In this document: piece by piece, positions 50,339 to 59,897 of the stretch
How the letters are laid out: the number at the start of each line of letters is the position of its first letter
Numbering within the stretch: the stretch's first letter is position 1
Origin: Desulfobacterales bacterium
Lineage (GTDB): Bacteria > Desulfobacterota > Desulfobacteria > Desulfobacterales > UBA5852
Direction: 5' to 3'
Length of the DNA: 64,000 nt
Assembly: GCA_963674755.2 (NCBI GenBank)
Contig: CAXXVS010000001.1
Span: forward strand, 1,056,001-1,120,000
Notes under the pieces: model-generated
The model's input: only the letters and a program-made list of their open reading frames with translations
What the model was told of the DNA's origin: nothing
Database searches by the model: none
Position numbers and translations under genes: made by a program

Positions 50339-51649
50339 ATGGTGACATTTGAATCACTGGAAGACCGCCGCGACCGGATTGCCGTGGTGGGGCTGGGCTA
50401 TGTCGGCCTGCCCCTGGCCATTCACCTGGCGCGGCATTTCGATGTGGTGGGCTTCGATCTCAAGCAGACGCGCATCGCCGAACTCCAGGCGGGACACGAC
50501 CGCACCCTGGAGGTGGACGATGCCGCTTTGCGCGCCTCGGCGTTGCAGTACTCTGCCGATCCCGAAGAACTGGTCCGCTGCCGCCTGATCATCGTGGCGG
50601 TGCCGACCCCCATCGACGATCATCGCATCCCCGACCTGGCCCCGCTGCGGGGCGCGGCCCAGACCGTCGGTGCCCGGCTGTCCGCCGGCGCCTGCGTGGT
50701 CTTCGAATCGACCGTCTTCCCGGGAGCCACCGAAGATATCTGTGTGCCCATCATGGAGGCCCAGTCCGGCCTGGTCTGCGGAAAAGATTTTACGGTGGGG
50801 TATTCCCCCGAACGGATCAATCCGGGAGACAAGGTCCATACGGTGGACAAGATCACCAAGATCGTGGCCGGCTCCGATGCGGCAACCACCCGGCTGCTGG
50901 CAGCGGTCTACGGCCGGGTGGTGTCGGCCGGCATCCACCAGGCGCCCTCCATCAAGGTCGCCGAGGCCGCCAAGGTGATCGAGAATACCCAGCGGGACAT
51001 CAATATCGCCCTGATGAACGAACTGGCCATGATTTTCGACCACATGGACATCGATACCCTCGATGTGCTCTCGGCGGCCGGCACCAAATGGAATTTTCTC
51101 AATTTCCGTCCCGGGCTGGTGGGCGGTCATTGCATCGGCGTCGATCCTTACTACCTGACCTTCAAGGCCGAGGCCATCGGCTATCACCCCAACATGATCC
51201 TGGCGGGCCGCCGCATCAACGACAACGTGGGCAAATTCGTGGCGGAGAAGACCGTCAAAATGCTCATCAAAGGCAAACGCCAGGTGCGCGGCGCCATCGT
51301 GGCCGTTTTGGGGCTGACCTTCAAGGAGAATGTGCCCGACCTGCGCAACACCAAGGTGGTGGACATCATCCGTGAACTGGAGGATTACGGCGTGAACGTG
51401 CGGATCCACGATCCCCTGGCGGATCCGGAGGAGGCCCGGCACTACTATGGCCTCGAACTGACCGCCTGGGACCAGCTGGGCACCGTGGATGCCGTGATCC
51501 TGACGGTGCTGCACGACGACTACCGCGAGCGGGGGCTGAAGGCCATCAGCGCCCTTCTGCACCCGGAGTATCCCCTGCTCCTGGATGTGAAGGGGGCCTT
51601 TCATGCGGAGGATGCCCAGCCCCTGGGACTGCATTACTGGCGGCTGTAG
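50339..51649 (+). CDS. UDP-N-acetylhexosamine 6-dehydrogenase (TviB/WbpO-like)
   Basis: GLGYVGLPLA, ESTV, YSPERINPGD, AKVIENTQRD.NIA, GGHCIGVDPYYL and FKEN.PDLRN motifs. Confidence 0.93.
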   Translation: MVTFESLEDRRDRIAVVGLGYVGLPLAIHLARHFDVVGFDLKQTRIAELQAGHDRTLEVDDAALRASALQYSADPEELVRCRLIIVAVPTPIDDHRIPDLAPLRGAAQTVGARLSAGACVVFESTVFPGATEDICVPIMEAQSGLVCGKDFTVGYSPERINPGDKVHTVDKITKIVAGSDAATTRLLAAVYGRVVSAGIHQAPSIKVAEAAKVIENTQRDINIALMNELAMIFDHMDIDTLDVLSAAGTKWNFLNFRPGLVGGHCIGVDPYYLTFKAEAIGYHPNMILAGRRINDNVGKFVAEKTVKMLIKGKRQVRGAIVAVLGLTFKENVPDLRNTKVVDIIRELEDYGVNVRIHDPLADPEEARHYYGLELTAWDQLGTVDAVILTVLHDDYRERGLKAISALLHPEYPLLLDVKGAFHAEDAQPLGLHYWRL

Positions 51650-51666
51650 CCGGGCAGGAACGATCC

Positions 51667-51705
51667 GTGTCCGTCCGTAAATGGCATCTTCTGGCCCCTG
51701 CCGGC
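51667..51705. repeat. truncated left end of the family A element
   Basis: GTGTCCGTCCGTAAATGGCATCTTCTGGCCCCTG matches the left end of the copy at 36593. Confidence 0.6.
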
Positions 51706-51731
51706 CTGACAGGAACCGAATCTTGAACGCC

Positions 51732-52454
51732 ATGCTGCGCAAGCTCTACAAAATTTACACCTGGCTGGTATTTGCCCCGATTCTGGGTTTGTCCACCGTG
51801 TTTTTCGGAACGGCCACCGTCCTTCTGCTCTTCTTCCTCAAACCGCGGCAGGTCAGTACTCTGTGCGGCAAAAGCTGGGCGCGGGTCAACAGCTTCTTCA
51901 CCCCCATGCGCGTGACCGTGATCGGTCGGGAAAACGTGGACCCCCGCCAGTCTTACGTGATCGTCAGCAATCACCAGAGCCAGTTCGATATCTTCATGCT
52001 TTACGGGTGGCTGGATATCGACTTCAAATGGGTCATGAAGAAGGAGTTGCGCAAGGTGCCCGCGATCGGGATCGCCTGTGAACGACTGGGGCATATCTAC
52101 GTGGACCGCTCCAATCGGGAAGCGGCCCTGGCCTCGATCAACGCGGCCAAGCAGCGTATCGTGGACGGCACTTCGGTGCTGTTCTTCCCGGAAGGCACCC
52201 GCAGCCGTGACAGCCACATGCGGCCTTTTAAAAAAGGCGCTTTCCGCATGGCGCTCGATCTGCAGCTGCCGATCCTGCCGGTCACCATTTTGGGAACCCG
52301 GGATATTTTGCCTTCCGATACGCTGGACCTTTATCCGGGGCGGGCCACCATGATCATTCACCCCCCCATTGCCGTCGATCCATACGACAACACCCGCCTG
52401 ACAGAACTCATCGAGCGGACCCGCGAGGTGATCGCGGCTCCCGGAATCGAGTAA
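51732..52454 (+). CDS. plsC: 1-acyl-sn-glycerol-3-phosphate acyltransferase
   Basis: NHQS.FD, FFPEGTRS and FKKGAF motifs. Confidence 0.88.
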   Translation: MLRKLYKIYTWLVFAPILGLSTVFFGTATVLLLFFLKPRQVSTLCGKSWARVNSFFTPMRVTVIGRENVDPRQSYVIVSNHQSQFDIFMLYGWLDIDFKWVMKKELRKVPAIGIACERLGHIYVDRSNREAALASINAAKQRIVDGTSVLFFPEGTRSRDSHMRPFKKGAFRMALDLQLPILPVTILGTRDILPSDTLDLYPGRATMIIHPPIAVDPYDNTRLTELIERTREVIAAPGIE

Positions 52455-52479
52455 TCCTGGCAGGCCCTGGAGACCGCGC

Positions 52480-53133
52480 ATGCTTCTTTCGGCGATTTTT
52501 TTGCTTGCACCGGTATTACTGGCCATACTGTTGATTTTCGAGCGTCAGGAGCGTCTGGGAGGCAAGCTGCTGGTCAAACCGCTGCTCTCCGGCCTATTCG
52601 TCCTGACGGCCCTGGTGGCGGCGCCCCGCTTTTCGTCTTATACTGTTATTGTGGTCAGCGGCCTGGTGCTGTGTCTGGCGGGCGACGTCTGCCTGGCGTT
52701 GCCCCAGCCAACCGGCTTCCGTGTCGGTCTGGTGGCGTTTCTGCTGGGCCATGTGGCCTATATCGCCGCCTTCGCTTCGACGGCCTCTCCCAACTGGGGA
52801 TTGTGGATCGCCGCCGTGGCGGCCCTGCCGGTCAGCAGCCTGGTCTACCACCGCTTGCAGCCGTTTCTGGGGCCCATGCGAACGGCGGTCATGGCCTATA
52901 TCGTGGTGATCACGGTCATGCTGATTGCCGCCGGCGGTTTGTTCGGCGATTTGCGTTTACCCGTGACGGGGCGCTTTCTGGTATTGAACGGGGCTTTCAG
53001 TTTTTACCTTTCCGATATTTTTGTAGCGCGGCAGCGCTTTGTCCAGCCGTCCTTCTGGAATCGCCTGATCGGCCTGCCGCTCTACTACCTGGGGCAGTTC
53101 CAGATTGCCTACACCACCGGATTGATCGGTTGA
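52480..53133 (+). CDS. YhhN/TMEM86 family lysoplasmalogenase-like membrane protein
   Basis: KP, GD..L, F..GL..FL.GH..Y, F..SD and YY.GQ motifs. Confidence 0.85.
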   Translation: MLLSAIFLLAPVLLAILLIFERQERLGGKLLVKPLLSGLFVLTALVAAPRFSSYTVIVVSGLVLCLAGDVCLALPQPTGFRVGLVAFLLGHVAYIAAFASTASPNWGLWIAAVAALPVSSLVYHRLQPFLGPMRTAVMAYIVVITVMLIAAGGLFGDLRLPVTGRFLVLNGAFSFYLSDIFVARQRFVQPSFWNRLIGLPLYYLGQFQIAYTTGLIG

Positions 53134-53143
53134 CGGCCGCCCC

Positions 53144-54856
53144 ATGACGATGGTCACAAGAAGGAATCGGTCCATGCCTATCCACGGCAAAGACGAAGAT
53201 CTTCCGGCCATTCTGGCGCGTTGTTTGGATACCCTGCAGTCCGCATGGGACGATGCGCGGGCGCCCGCCGCGCGGGAGGCGCTGATCCGGGATCTCCGTC
53301 TGGCGGTCACCCGGGCGGAGCGGGCCCTGGCGGAGCGGGAACGCATCGATGAAGAGCGCACCCGCCTGGCCACGGCCGTGGACCAGGCCAGCGAGCTGAT
53401 CTTTATCACGGATACCGAAGGCCTCATCCAATACGTCAATCCTTCCTTTGAAAAAGTCACGGGCTATACCCGGGCGGAAGTCCTGGGCCGCAAACCCTCC
53501 CTGCTCAGAAGCGGTAAACACGACCCGGCCTTTTATGCCGGCATGTGGTCCACCATCGCACGCGGCGCGGTCTGGAACGGCCGGATCGTCAATCGCAAGA
53601 AAGACGGGACGCTCTACGAGGAAGAGGCCACCATCACCCCCATCCGGGACCACACCGGCCGTATCGTCAGCTATGTGGCCGTCAAGCGGGACGTCACCCG
53701 GGAGATTACCCTGAAAAAGCAGCTGCGCCAGGCCCAGAAGATGGAAGCCATCGGCACACTGGCCGGGGGGATCGCCCACGACTTCAACAACATCCTGGCG
53801 GCCATCATCGGCTACACCGAACTGGTCCGCATGGATCTGGCGGAAGACAGCGCCCTCATGGCGAACGTCAACAAGGTTCTCGGCGCCAGCTACCGGGCCC
53901 GGGATCTGGTGGCCCAGATTCTGGCCTTCAGCCGCCAGACCGAACAGGAATTGAAACCGGTCAGCATCAGCGCCATCGTCAAGGAGGCCCTCAAACTGCT
54001 GCGGGCCTCCCTGCCGGTCACCATTGAAATCCGACAGCGGATTTGTATGGAGCCCGCCACCATTCTGGCCGATGCCACCCAGATCCATCAGGTGCTCATG
54101 AATATCTGCACCAATGCCGGTCATGCCATGCGGTTGACCGGCGGGATTCTCGACGTCTATCTGGGCGAGCCCCGGGAAGAATTCGAACCACCGCTGCCCC
54201 TGCAGCACCTGGCTGCGGATCATTATCTGTGCCTTGCCATCCGGGATACCGGACACGGCATGTCCCCCGAGGTGCTGGAACGGATTTTCGACCCCTATTT
54301 CACCACCAAGAAAAAGGAAGAGGGGACCGGACTCGGCCTGGCCGTGGTGCACGGCATCGTCACCAGCCACAACGGCCATATCACCGTCGAGAGTACGCCG
54401 GGGCAAGGCACGGTTTTCAAGATCTACTTTCCGTTTATTCCGGCCAAGGTTTTCGATCACAAAAAAACCATGGGATCGCGGTTGCCCGGAGGGACGGAGC
54501 GCGTGCTGCTCATCGACGACGAGGTCGATATCGTGCATGTGAACCGCCTGATGCTCGAACGTCTGGGCTATACCGTGTCCGCTTACAGCGACAGCCACAA
54601 GGCGGTGGCCGCTTTCGAAAGCGATCCGCAAAGCATCGACCTGCTGATCACGGACATGACCATGCCGGGGCTGACCGGCGACCTGGTGGTGCGGGCCGTC
54701 CACGCCCGGCGTCCGGATCTGCCCATCATCATGTGTACGGGCTTCAGCGAAATTATCACGGCGGAGAAGGCCCAGGCCCTGGGGGTGCGCAAGTTGATGA
54801 TGAAACCCCTGTTGGTGGGGGAGTTGGCGCGGTCGATTCGGGAGTTGCTGGATTGA
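53144..54856 (+). CDS. hybrid sensor kinase (PAS-HisKA-HATPase-REC)
   Basis: PAS domain; [10 protein letters not shown] box, DTGHG, FTTK and GTGLGL; receiver DD...TDMTMP...KP. Start may be 53174. Confidence 0.93.
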   Translation: MTMVTRRNRSMPIHGKDEDLPAILARCLDTLQSAWDDARAPAAREALIRDLRLAVTRAERALAERERIDEERTRLATAVDQASELIFITDTEGLIQYVNPSFEKVTGYTRAEVLGRKPSLLRSGKHDPAFYAGMWSTIARGAVWNGRIVNRKKDGTLYEEEATITPIRDHTGRIVSYVAVKRDVTREITLKKQLRQAQKMEAIGTLAGGIAHDFNNILAAIIGYTELVRMDLAEDSALMANVNKVLGASYRARDLVAQILAFSRQTEQELKPVSISAIVKEALKLLRASLPVTIEIRQRICMEPATILADATQIHQVLMNICTNAGHAMRLTGGILDVYLGEPREEFEPPLPLQHLAADHYLCLAIRDTGHGMSPEVLERIFDPYFTTKKKEEGTGLGLAVVHGIVTSHNGHITVESTPGQGTVFKIYFPFIPAKVFDHKKTMGSRLPGGTERVLLIDDEVDIVHVNRLMLERLGYTVSAYSDSHKAVAAFESDPQSIDLLITDMTMPGLTGDLVVRAVHARRPDLPIIMCTGFSEIITAEKAQALGVRKLMMKPLLVGELARSIRELLD

Positions 54857-54979
54857 TTCCTGTCGATAGGTAACCTTGGTTAAGGTATCTTTAATCAGTA
54901 CCCGTGCGTCATCCGCTATACCCTCTAAATTTTTTCTCAGAGCACACCTAAGTTTACACGATGTATTTGCCTTGAGCAT

Positions 54980-55972
54980 TCAGGGTCGGGCGCGGTTGAG
55001 GCCCACGAAGGCCCCGCCGTTGCGTTCGCACATGGCACGCATGAGGGTGGCGAAGCGCAGGCCGGTGATGCCACGGGGGTCGCGGAGCACGGTGGGGAAG
55101 CCCACGGCGTGGATGCGTACCCGGCGCTGGCCGCCCGGGCCGGCGTGGTTGAGCCGGTCCACGGTGTTGATGGCAGCCTGCATGTCCTTGCCGGAATACT
55201 CGTCCCCGAAGACATAGAGGCTGATCTTCTTCCGGGGATCGTAGAAGGCGCGGATGGCCATGGCGATGCCCTCCACCGGGCTGCTGTTGCTGAAGGGCTG
55301 CCAGGTGGCCAGGGTTTCCAGGATCACCCGCCGGCGGCGGGCCGTGTCCGGAATCCAACGACCGCGGTATTGCGGGAACATATAGTCCCCCATGTCATTC
55401 ATGATCTGGATGCCTTTCACCTTGGGGTAGACGTTGAGCGTTTCGCGCAGTTTCTGCTGCACGCTGCCCCAGGCGCCCCGCTGCATGCTGCCGGAGGTGT
55501 CGATGATGAAAATGATGTACTCGCTGTCCACCGGGATGCCTCCCACCGAAGCGCTGGGGGGAGGCGGCCGGCGGGCGGCGAGGCGCTTCATCTCCGCGGT
55601 GAGGTCCTGCAGGGTGCGGGCCATGCGGCCTTCGATGATGTTCTGCACCTCGGCGTTGTCGCGGGAGGCGGCAAATTCCCCTTTCAGGGAAGACAAATCC
55701 CCCTGCAACCGGGCCAGGTGTTCCTGGGCTGCGGTGAGCTGCCGGCGCTTGGCCTCGAGCTCCCGCTCCAGCACGAGGGATTCGCCTCGGATATCGTGTT
55801 TTTCCTCCTCCAGCCGAACGATGGCCGCATCCAGGTCGGTGCGGGTCTGTTCGATCACCAGGGGCTCGCCGAACTTGGAGAGCACGAAAAGCAGGATGAT
55901 GGCCCCGAAGGCGCAGCAGATGCAGTCCAGGAAGGAGAGGCTGAAGACGTGGATTTCGCGGCGGGTGCGCAT
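54980..55972 (-). CDS. membrane-anchored coiled-coil vWA protein with ExbD/MotB-like N-terminal TM
   Basis: FSLSFLDCICCAFGAIILLF TM with Asp; coiled coil; MIDAS DTSGS. Confidence 0.8.
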   Translation of the reverse strand: MRTRREIHVFSLSFLDCICCAFGAIILLFVLSKFGEPLVIEQTRTDLDAAIVRLEEEKHDIRGESLVLERELEAKRRQLTAAQEHLARLQGDLSSLKGEFAASRDNAEVQNIIEGRMARTLQDLTAEMKRLAARRPPPPSASVGGIPVDSEYIIFIIDTSGSMQRGAWGSVQQKLRETLNVYPKVKGIQIMNDMGDYMFPQYRGRWIPDTARRRRVILETLATWQPFSNSSPVEGIAMAIRAFYDPRKKISLYVFGDEYSGKDMQAAINTVDRLNHAGPGGQRRVRIHAVGFPTVLRDPRGITGLRFATLMRAMCERNGGAFVGLNRARP

Positions 55973-55974
55973 GA

Positions 55975-57063
55975 TCAGGGCCAGTCCGGTGAGGGGCAGA
56001 AGTAGGCGCCCCGGGTAAGGACGGCCAGCTGCCAGTAGGCGCTGGCCGCCGCCGGATCCCCTTCCAGGGGGAAGAGGATGACGTTGACCGGAATGTCGGG
56101 CAGCATCTTGACCGCCTCGTTGAACAGGCTGAGGCGTTTTTCGCCGGAGACTTTCTTGAACCAGGGCGTGCCACTGCCCATGGTGGGCAGGCCGTCCGTG
56201 ATCAGGAAGACGTTTTCGGGCATTGGCCGCAGCTTGCGCAGTTCCGCAAAGGCGTTGGCCAGGCTGGTGCTCTTCTCCGGCACCAGTTGGTAGAGACGGT
56301 TGACCGCGTCGTTGAGCTGCTTGCTATCGGCGGTTTTAAGCCAGCGGCCGTCGGTGCCCGGCACCAGAAAACGCGCGGTCTCGTTGAAGACGACGATCTG
56401 GTAGCGGCTTCCCGGCGGGAACTGGGCTGTCAGCCAGTCCACCGTGGCCAGCGCCTTGCGCCACTTGGGGGCCTGGCGCTGCTGGTCTTTGGCCAGGTTG
56501 CGGCGGCGGACGATGCCCACGATGGAATGGTCCAGCATGCTGGCCGAGGCATCCAGCAGAATCAGAATATGGCCGCCGTCCACCCGCAGATCGGTGAGAT
56601 ACTGGCGGCGGCCCTCCCCGGCAAAGGCGCGGACCTTGGACCCGTAGTCGTCTTCCTCCTGGCTGCCGGCTTTGAGCCGTTTGACGTCTTCTTCCATGGA
56701 ACGCAGGTCGGCCTTGAGTTGGTCGGCATGTTCCTTCCGGGCCAGGGTCTGGTCCTGGTAGTGGGCGATTTCTTCCTGGCGCGCCTCGAGGACGGGCACG
56801 ATCTGGCGGGTGGTGCCGCGGATGTCGACGATTTCCTGCTCGGCCGCTTCCAGGGCGTTGCGCAGGTCGGCCATGCGCTTGCGCCCATCCAGAACCTCGC
56901 GCTCCAGCCGGTCCACTTCACTGCTCAGGTCCTGGGTGATCTGGTCGCGGCGGACGGCCGAACGGGCGTTGACGATGACGAACAGCAGAATGACGGCCCC
57001 CAGACCGCAGCAGATGCAGTCGATGAAGGAGAGGCTGAAGACGTTAAGCGGCCGGCGTTTCAT
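55975..57063 (-). CDS. second membrane-anchored coiled-coil vWA protein
   Basis: FSLSFIDCICCGLGAVILLF TM; coiled coil; MIDAS DASAS...TDG. Confidence 0.8.
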   Translation of the reverse strand: MKRRPLNVFSLSFIDCICCGLGAVILLFVIVNARSAVRRDQITQDLSSEVDRLEREVLDGRKRMADLRNALEAAEQEIVDIRGTTRQIVPVLEARQEEIAHYQDQTLARKEHADQLKADLRSMEEDVKRLKAGSQEEDDYGSKVRAFAGEGRRQYLTDLRVDGGHILILLDASASMLDHSIVGIVRRRNLAKDQQRQAPKWRKALATVDWLTAQFPPGSRYQIVVFNETARFLVPGTDGRWLKTADSKQLNDAVNRLYQLVPEKSTSLANAFAELRKLRPMPENVFLITDGLPTMGSGTPWFKKVSGEKRLSLFNEAVKMLPDIPVNVILFPLEGDPAAASAYWQLAVLTRGAYFCPSPDWP

Positions 57064-58462
57064 CGTTTTCCCGGCAGGCAATCACCTGCAGCGTTTCGCC
57101 CGGGGTTCCCACCCGGATGGTCTGCCCCACGGTCAATTCGGTTTCGCCGTCCACCTTGTCACCGTCCACGTAGGTGCCGTAGGTGCTGGTATCGCTGAGC
57201 ACCAGGCGATCCCCCCGGCGGGTCACGATGCAGTGGCGGCGGGAGACCCCGGCGGTTTTGCCCTGGATAAGGATGCCGGCGCAGCCGGCCGGGATGTCGC
57301 GGCCGATGATCAGCGGACGCTCTGACAGGGGATACCCCCGGCTGCAATACAGGAGATGGGTGGCGGCCGGCTCCTGGTCCGTGGCATGCCCGGGGGAGGG
57401 GACGGCCGCGGGCGGCCTTTTGCCCTTGCGCGGTCGGCGGTTGAGCAAGGGCACACCCTGGCCGGCCTCCCCGGGTGGGAAGGCCTTTGCGAAGGCAAGC
57501 ACCCCTGACGCGGCGGCCCCTTGGGCCAACGGCACCACCCGGGCGCCGACGGCGGCCGCCAGGCGGCGGCTAAAGCCGGGCAGACAAGAGGCGCGGTGGC
57601 TCACGAGAATCGTTTCCAGGGGGTGCCCATGGAAAAAATCCTGCTGCAAGGCACCGATCTCACGCTGGAGGGCCTCCATCAAGGGGTGCAGGGCCTGTTC
57701 CACCACCTCCCGGGTCAACTGAATGCGGTGCACGGCGGCGGGCGTGTCCATCGCCACGGCGACCTCTTCGGAGGTTTCCAGGGCGGCCAGCAGGCCCGGC
57801 AGTTGGTCGTAGAGGGCCTGCTCGGTGTCGGCGGCATGGAAAGGATCGAAACGGGTGTGGCGCACGAATTCGTCGGCCATGGCCTGCATCCAGGCCTTCC
57901 GCAGGGCTTCCAGGCCCAGGCCTGCGATGGCCGTCTTCTCCGGATGGACGGCCTCCCGGCGCAAGTTCAGCACGGTCAGGAGGGTTTGGTGCAAGCCGAG
58001 GTCGAGGTGCAGCAGGATTTCGGCCGGGGCATTTGGCGGGAGGGCCGCCAGGGACAGGGGCACGAAGCCCTGGACGGGCATCGCTAGCGCGTTCATGATG
58101 CCCGCCAGCAGTCCCAGCTGGTGTTCGCTGAAGCTATCCGGTACCGCCACCAGAAGCGCCTCACGGGCCGGGGCCAGTTGCTGCCAGATATGGGACAGGT
58201 GGGCGTGGGCCAGGTCGGCCTGGGTCCAGCCGGCATAGGCCGGATCCTGCAGGGGATCACTGGCCAATTCACTCCAGAAATGGCGGTTGATCTGACGCGG
58301 CAGCCGCCGGCAGCGCTTTTCAGCAGCGAGGCCCACCCGGAGGCGGCCTTCCTCGATGAGGGCCACCCCGGGGCTGGCCGTCGCTCCCCGCTCGATCTCC
58401 AACAAATCCCCTTCGGGGCCGGCCGCCAGGAGCCCGGCATCGTTGAGTTCCAGCCCGATCAT
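57044..58462 (-). CDS. FHA-domain protein with a degenerate actin/Hsp70-like N-terminal region
   Basis: Start MIGLELNDAG overlaps the upstream stop as ATGA; C-terminal IIGR...SRRHC...D.STYGT.V.G FHA motif. Confidence 0.8.
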   Translation of the reverse strand: MIGLELNDAGLLAAGPEGDLLEIERGATASPGVALIEEGRLRVGLAAEKRCRRLPRQINRHFWSELASDPLQDPAYAGWTQADLAHAHLSHIWQQLAPAREALLVAVPDSFSEHQLGLLAGIMNALAMPVQGFVPLSLAALPPNAPAEILLHLDLGLHQTLLTVLNLRREAVHPEKTAIAGLGLEALRKAWMQAMADEFVRHTRFDPFHAADTEQALYDQLPGLLAALETSEEVAVAMDTPAAVHRIQLTREVVEQALHPLMEALQREIGALQQDFFHGHPLETILVSHRASCLPGFSRRLAAAVGARVVPLAQGAAASGVLAFAKAFPPGEAGQGVPLLNRRPRKGKRPPAAVPSPGHATDQEPAATHLLYCSRGYPLSERPLIIGRDIPAGCAGILIQGKTAGVSRRHCIVTRRGDRLVLSDTSTYGTYVDGDKVDGETELTVGQTIRVGTPGETLQVIACRENDETPAA

Positions 58463-59283
58463 GCGGCGTCCTCCTCCCCGCGGCGGGTATGCAGCCGCCG
58501 GGTGAGCCGCTCCTCGCAATAGGCTTCGGTATCCAAAATGTAGCGCTCCTGCAGCAGTTGCAGCTGGTAGAGGAGAAACATGAGCACGATGCTGATGAGC
58601 AGGGCCACCAGGGTGGAGTTGAAGGCCACCCCCAGGCTGCGGGTGACTTCCAGGATATCCCCCTGGACGGCCTTGTGCGCATTGCCCAGGGCCTGGCCGA
58701 TGCCGCGTACCGTGCCGATAAAGCCCACAGACGGGATGGCCCAGGCGATGTAGCGGATCATGGCCAGTTCGGCGTCCAGCCGTTCCCCTTCCGTGTCGCA
58801 GGAGGCGTGCATGGCATTGGCCACGTCCTGGATGTTGCGGGTGGACCCGAAACGGTGCAGGGCCGCCAGCAGGGTCCGGGGCAGGAGTGATTCCCGCTGG
58901 GCCGGCGGCAGGGCTTCGATGCGGCGGGAAAAGGCGAGGGCGTCCTCCGGCAGGATGCGGACCCCCTCGGCCAGGGGAATCAGGTCGAGATTGAGCAGGC
59001 CGCGATGCTTTAAGGTCGCAACGCTTTTATAGCCCATGATGGCCAGGGCCCAGAACATGAGGATGAAACAGGATTCCTGTTCGTAGTCCTTGATCATGAC
59101 AAACAAGGATTGTTCGCTGGTGGTTGTGCCTTCGGCGGCCTGGGCCGTCTCCTGGGCGTCTTGGAAGGCGGCCGCATTAGGCCGGATGACGGCCACATAG
59201 GCGGCATGCACCAGGATAACGATCACGATCAGGGCGAAGATCTGGTAGATGAATTCCAGCGAAACGGGGAGATTTTGTTTCAT
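58459..59283 (-). CDS. MotA/TolQ/ExbB proton-channel family protein
   Basis: AIPSVGFIGTVRGI...LGVAFNSTLVAL TM pair. Confidence 0.9.
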   Translation of the reverse strand: MKQNLPVSLEFIYQIFALIVIVILVHAAYVAVIRPNAAAFQDAQETAQAAEGTTTSEQSLFVMIKDYEQESCFILMFWALAIMGYKSVATLKHRGLLNLDLIPLAEGVRILPEDALAFSRRIEALPPAQRESLLPRTLLAALHRFGSTRNIQDVANAMHASCDTEGERLDAELAMIRYIAWAIPSVGFIGTVRGIGQALGNAHKAVQGDILEVTRSLGVAFNSTLVALLISIVLMFLLYQLQLLQERYILDTEAYCEERLTRRLHTRRGEEDAA

Positions 59284-59448
59284 TAAGCCATACCTATTGT
59301 TGAAGTAAGCTTCTGGATGCCTTGCGCTTGAACGTTTTCGAAACCCTGGTCAGAATGATTTCTTGCTCTCTAACGCGGTCGTGGTTCTTCGCAGCCCATG
59401 CAAGGCCTAATCCTTTCATCAAGCAACAGTATCAAAATATACCTAAAC

Positions 59449-59594
59449 AGTATCTGTTCGGAGAGGGTAGATTTCGGTTCCGGCCAAGGCCGCAGGGAAT
59501 TGGAAACCGGAGGCGTAGCTGGGCTACGGCGAGGATTTCCAATGACCGAGAACGCCAGCCGGGGCCGAAAGATGCCCCCTCCGGACGGATACTA
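59449..59594. repeat. intergenic palindromic element, family A copy 5 (reverse orientation)
   Basis: AGTATCTGTTCGGAGAGGG / CCCCCTCCGGACGGATACT ends; CGTAGC-tgg-GCTACG core; the end overlaps the TAG of the upstream gene. Confidence 0.85.
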
Positions 59595-59897
59595 GATGTC
59601 TGCCGGGAAGTCCACGGCCTTATCCACCCGGATTTCTTCGGACGGTTCAAAGGGTTTCAGGTTGTCCTTTTGTTTGCGATAGGCGCTGCCCTGCTCTGGG
59701 GGGGGCTGCGCCATGTCGGTTGCGGTGCCCTTGGGCGGTGCGGCCTTGTCGGCACGCTGTTCCGTCTGTTGCGGGACCTCCCCGGCGGGTGCGGTCTGGG
59801 CCAAAACCAGCGGCGGCGGCCCGCTCAGCAGCAGGAGGATCATCACACCAGCGCCACAGGCCAGGCGTCGGCAGCTGAAAAAGCGTTTGATCGTCAT
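59592..59897 (-). CDS. small exported protein with C-terminal FEPSEEI..D..VDFP.DI motif
   Basis: ATG at 59897 overlaps the upstream stop as ATGA; signal peptide ending VLA-Q; low-complexity linker; 101 aa. Confidence 0.7.
   Translation of the reverse strand: MTIKRFFSCRRLACGAGVMILLLLSGPPPLVLAQTAPAGEVPQQTEQRADKAAPPKGTATDMAQPPPEQGSAYRKQKDNLKPFEPSEEIRVDKAVDFPADI

Noticed and set aside
54980..59283. Zorya defence system or flagellar stator
   Set aside because: The B-like subunits carry vWA rather than OmpA domains, MotA has no long ZorA tail, and no helicase, nuclease or flagellar genes are present.
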